Part shown: piece after piece, positions 53,869 to 56,316 of the stretch
Layout: each line of letters starts with the position of its first letter
Numbering within the stretch: the stretch's first letter is position 1
Assembly: GCA_016926705.1 (NCBI GenBank)
Contig: JAFGOC010000036.1
Location: 1 to 56,316 of the forward strand
DNA length: 56,316 bases
Origin: Dehalococcoidales bacterium
GTDB lineage: Bacteria > Chloroflexota > Dehalococcoidia > Dehalococcoidales > RBG-16-60-22
Direction of reading: 5' to 3'
Program-made: the position numbers and the translations under genes
Notes under the pieces: model-generated
The model's database searches: none
What the model saw: only the letters and a program-made list of their open reading frames with translations
Told to the model about the DNA's origin: nothing

Positions 53869-54648
53869 TCAGGACAGAGTTGGCATACCTGCCTTCGAAA
53901 TTATGCTGTTCATGACTTCTTTAATCTCTCTTACGGCTGCACCTTTCGCTGGGATTCCACCGCCTAGGCTCGAACTGAAGATATCGGCGTCATAGTAGAT
54001 GCACCCGACTACTACGATTTTACGCTTCTCCAATTCCGCCTTTAGTCTGGTGTTTATCTCCTCCGACGGCACCTTATTCATTATAGCCCAAATATTCTTT
54101 ATGCCGATTCCTGAAGCCAGGTCATGTATCTTCTGACCGACGTTTACAGATTCCAGAGGGGGCTCGATAACGATAAGTATGCTGTCGATACTGGTATCTA
54201 CACCCCGGCCGAAATGTTCAACTCCGGCCTCCATGTCCACGATGGCCAACTCGGTTTCCTCTAAATCGAGTTTTTTCAGGAACTCTCGGCTTAATACCCC
54301 CATTGGACAGGCACACCCCTCCAAAGACTGAAGTATCTTACCTATGCTGACCAGCATAAGGCTGTCTTTCCTTAGCAAATATTCCGCGGGGATTTGCGCC
54401 GTCTTGATACTGGTTTCTTTAAGAACGTTGGGCTGGCGCATCTTTTGTTGCAGCCCCTTTTTACCGCCGACAAGCTCCATGAGAGGCACCGGTGGATGGT
54501 CAAAGCCCAGCATGCGGAAAAGTCCCGTGTTTGATTCATCGGAATCCACCACCAGTACATGATAGCCCCTGGCGCGTGCTTCATTCGCCAGCAGGGCGAC
54601 TACGGTGCTTTTGCCACTGCCTCCTTTGCCACAGACCGAAATTTTCAT
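53869..54648 (-). CDS. cooC: CooC/AcsF-type nickel-insertion ATPase (MinD/ParA class)
   Basis: P-loop CGKGGSGKST and the CxC metal motif EGCACPMG characteristic of CooC. Walker B IVDMEAG. Length 259 aa. Confidence 0.85.
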   Translation of the reverse strand: MKISVCGKGGSGKSTVVALLANEARARGYHVLVVDSDESNTGLFRMLGFDHPPVPLMELVGGKKGLQQKMRQPNVLKETSIKTAQIPAEYLLRKDSLMLVSIGKILQSLEGCACPMGVLSREFLKKLDLEETELAIVDMEAGVEHFGRGVDTSIDSILIVIEPPLESVNVGQKIHDLASGIGIKNIWAIMNKVPSEEINTRLKAELEKRKIVVVGCIYYDADIFSSSLGGGIPAKGAAVREIKEVMNSIISKAGMPTLS

Positions 54649-54668
54649 CTTTTACCTGCTTTCCTTGC

Positions 54669-54881
54669 TTACATTGTTACTATATCGATTGCTTTCAGGG
54701 AACAGGCGCGGACACAATCACCGCAGCCGCGGCAGAGGAACGGGTCTGTCATCGGTATCTCATAGGGTGCTTCTTGCTTAAGCAGTTTATGAGAGCATGC
54801 CAGAGCCGCCGCACAAACTCCGCTGTCACACTTCTCCGGATGACATTTTTTATAATCTACCAGAGCCATCTTGCTTGGCAT
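54669..54881 (-). CDS. Small dicluster ferredoxin-like protein with one atypical cysteine motif
   Basis: CHPEKCDSGVCAAALAC (atypical spacing, reminiscent of the ABCE1-type Fe-S domain) plus the canonical CRGCGDCVRAC. Confidence 0.7.
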   Translation of the reverse strand: MPSKMALVDYKKCHPEKCDSGVCAAALACSHKLLKQEAPYEIPMTDPFLCRGCGDCVRACSLKAIDIVTM

Positions 54882-54893
54882 AATATCGCCTTC

Positions 54894-55058
54894 TTAATCT
54901 CTTTCACTTTCAGTGTCTTCAGATTTGCGTGCCTTCTCCAGTTCGTCTTCCAGCTCCTCCAATTGCTGCCACATCGATGGCGGCACCGAATGGGCCGGCC
55001 AGCGTGCCTTAAGGTCGGCTATTTTCTCTTCAATCTCTCTTACTCTGTCATTGTTCAC
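54894..55058 (-). CDS. Small coiled-coil protein (54 aa), not in the ORF track
   Basis: GTG at 55058 (RBS ggagag upstream) to TAA at 54894-54896. Translation: VNNDRVREIEEKIADLKARWPAHSVPPSMWQQLEELEDELEKARKSEDTESERD. It fills the gap between URO-D-like and ferredoxin genes on the same strand. Confidence 0.4.
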   Translation of the reverse strand: MNNDRVREIEEKIADLKARWPAHSVPPSMWQQLEELEDELEKARKSEDTESERD

Positions 55059-55114
55059 CCTATAACTCTCCGGTTCTTATACCGGGGTTTCACCCGGATG
55101 CAATGCGGGGATTT

Positions 55115-56316
55115 TTATTTTTTATACGTGCCGTATTCTTTGGCAGCTTCCATTACAGCGCGCAGGTTATCCGGGTTTCCCCTGTCCATGGTTGCCCCGC
55201 CGGTCAGTATGTATCCGCCTCCCGGTGCACATGACTCGATAAGCTTCCGGCAATGCTCTTTTACATCTTCCGGCGTCCCGGTGCAAAGTGCCGTAACGGG
55301 GATATTGCCGGCGATACAGGCGGTATTGCCGAGGACTTTTTTAGCCTTAGCCATGTCCATATGTTCGAACCACCATATCATCGAGCCACGCGGCATATCT
55401 TTGATTATCTCGAGGCGCGGTTCGTAGTTCCCTTCGGCGAAGGGCATCGGGACCAGGCCCTCGTTGATGAGCCCCAGGAGTATCTTTTTGAAAGTGGGCC
55501 AGTAGAAAGTCTCGAACTGCTTGTTGGACATGAACCCGCCTGTGCCTTTATGCAGAGGCATCACGATAATCGGGCACCCCGAGGCGTTTGACGAGGCCAC
55601 GGCCTCGTCGATGGCTATAGGCACCAGCTTCTCCATCGCTTCTTTTAGCTTTTCCGGCCGCTGGAACATATCCATCATTATCCCGTTAGTCCCCCGCAGC
55701 ATATCGCCTATCATGTCGAAAGGCGCCCCTGACATGCCGCCCCAAAATGAAGGCAGTCCCGCCTCAAGCGATTGCCTGTTGACATCGTTGACTGTTTCAT
55801 ACCATTTCATGGTTTCAATACCCGCCTCAACCAGTGCCTTTAGTGAGGCCTGGACCTCCGGGTCGGCATAGGCCCCAACATAAAAAACCGGTATCCCGAT
55901 AAACGCTGTCAACTGTGGAAGTTTTTCAAAAGCCTTAAAAGCGCCGGCAGAGCGCGGAAGGAATTTCCTTAGCCAGAAATCGGAAGGGTCTTTAATAAGC
56001 GCATCGTACTCATCGGCCTTCATATACTCTTTTTCCACGAACTGGTAAGTCTCGATGTCGTCAGCCAGCCCGTGGCCCGGCCACTTTTCCAGTTTATAAT
56101 CGATAATTTCAAGGACTCTGCCGGGGAAGACCAGTCCCGGTCCGATAAACGTGTCCATGTCCGGTCCGAATTCATGAAGGAACTTTATCCACGCGCGACG
56201 CAGTGTGTCATAATCGTACATGGCTGTCTTCAGGTTGCTGCCGGCCAGATAAGCCGGGATATTTCCCGCCGGCAGGATAACCGGCACGCGGTCGTCTGGC
56301 TCCTCCAGCTTGATTG
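55115..56316 (-). CDS. Uroporphyrinogen decarboxylase (URO-D) family protein, MtaA/CmuA-like; 5' end probably beyond the window
   Basis: The frame stays open to the window edge (..IKLEEPDDRVPVILPAG), which matches the PDRVPV start region of URO-D family proteins. So the listed GTG at 56287 is probably internal. The rest has URO-D TIM-barrel length and pattern. Confidence 0.75.
   Translation of the reverse strand, partial: IKLEEPDDRVPVILPAGNIPAYLAGSNLKTAMYDYDTLRRAWIKFLHEFGPDMDTFIGPGLVFPGRVLEIIDYKLEKWPGHGLADDIETYQFVEKEYMKADEYDALIKDPSDFWLRKFLPRSAGAFKAFEKLPQLTAFIGIPVFYVGAYADPEVQASLKALVEAGIETMKWYETVNDVNRQSLEAGLPSFWGGMSGAPFDMIGDMLRGTNGIMMDMFQRPEKLKEAMEKLVPIAIDEAVASSNASGCPIIVMPLHKGTGGFMSNKQFETFYWPTFKKILLGLINEGLVPMPFAEGNYEPRLEIIKDMPRGSMIWWFEHMDMAKAKKVLGNTACIAGNIPVTALCTGTPEDVKEHCRKLIESCAPGGGYILTGGATMDRGNPDNLRAVMEAAKEYGTYKK

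Noticed and set aside
54492-55427. 311-aa plus-strand ORF crossing the cooC, ferredoxin and URO-D-like genes
   Set aside because: It is Cys/Phe/Leu-rich nonsense spanning four independently supported minus-strand genes and their spacers.
1-56316. tRNA, rRNA, tmRNA, RNase P, SRP RNA, transposases, integrases, prophage or toxin-antitoxin modules
   Set aside because: I scanned the intergenic gaps and the ORF list by eye and saw no T-loop/acceptor patterns, conserved RNA boxes or mobile-element proteins. A tRNAscan/Infernal run would be needed to exclude small RNAs formally.

Overview
This is a densely coding 56.3-kb chromosomal window with about 60 protein genes. By eye I found no rRNA, tRNA, CRISPR array, transposase, integrase or phage genes. 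The gene content suggests an anaerobic Chloroflexota/Dehalococcoidia-like organism, which is inference only. That content includes family III CoA-transferases, paralogous ADH/SDR/nitroreductase/aldo-keto reductase/cupin-like genes, CooC/CooT, a URO-D-like gene and a secretin-less pilus locus.

Left third: the pcrA 3' end, a repeat-rich non-coding gap, SemiSWEET, dksA-like/lspA/rluD, and tandem glnS-gltX. It also holds corA, a PAS histidine kinase, a Na+/H+ antiporter and an MMPL transporter.

Centre (24.4-37.3 kb) is the most interesting part. It is a type IV filament locus in which a soluble coiled-coil histidine kinase and a response regulator are wedged between the pilin and PilB. The regulator is fused to a ParA/TadZ-like domain whose Walker A has been destroyed. 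Downstream come PilC, two minor pilins, a PilX-like protein carrying two tandem beta-sandwich-like modules, a PilO-like protein and a PilM::PilN fusion. A zinc-ribbon protein with nine ~37-aa helical repeats lies immediately upstream on the opposite strand.

Right third: a redox/catabolic paralog island containing an unrecognised cupin-like family (three loci, four domains), then a zur-znuACB operon. It ends with a co-directional string of about 10 genes: URO-D-like, ferredoxins, CooC, CooT, methyltransferase, thioredoxin, J-protein and a flavoprotein disulfide reductase. No nickel enzyme is visible in that string.

All functional calls rest on motifs read by eye; no database searches were run.
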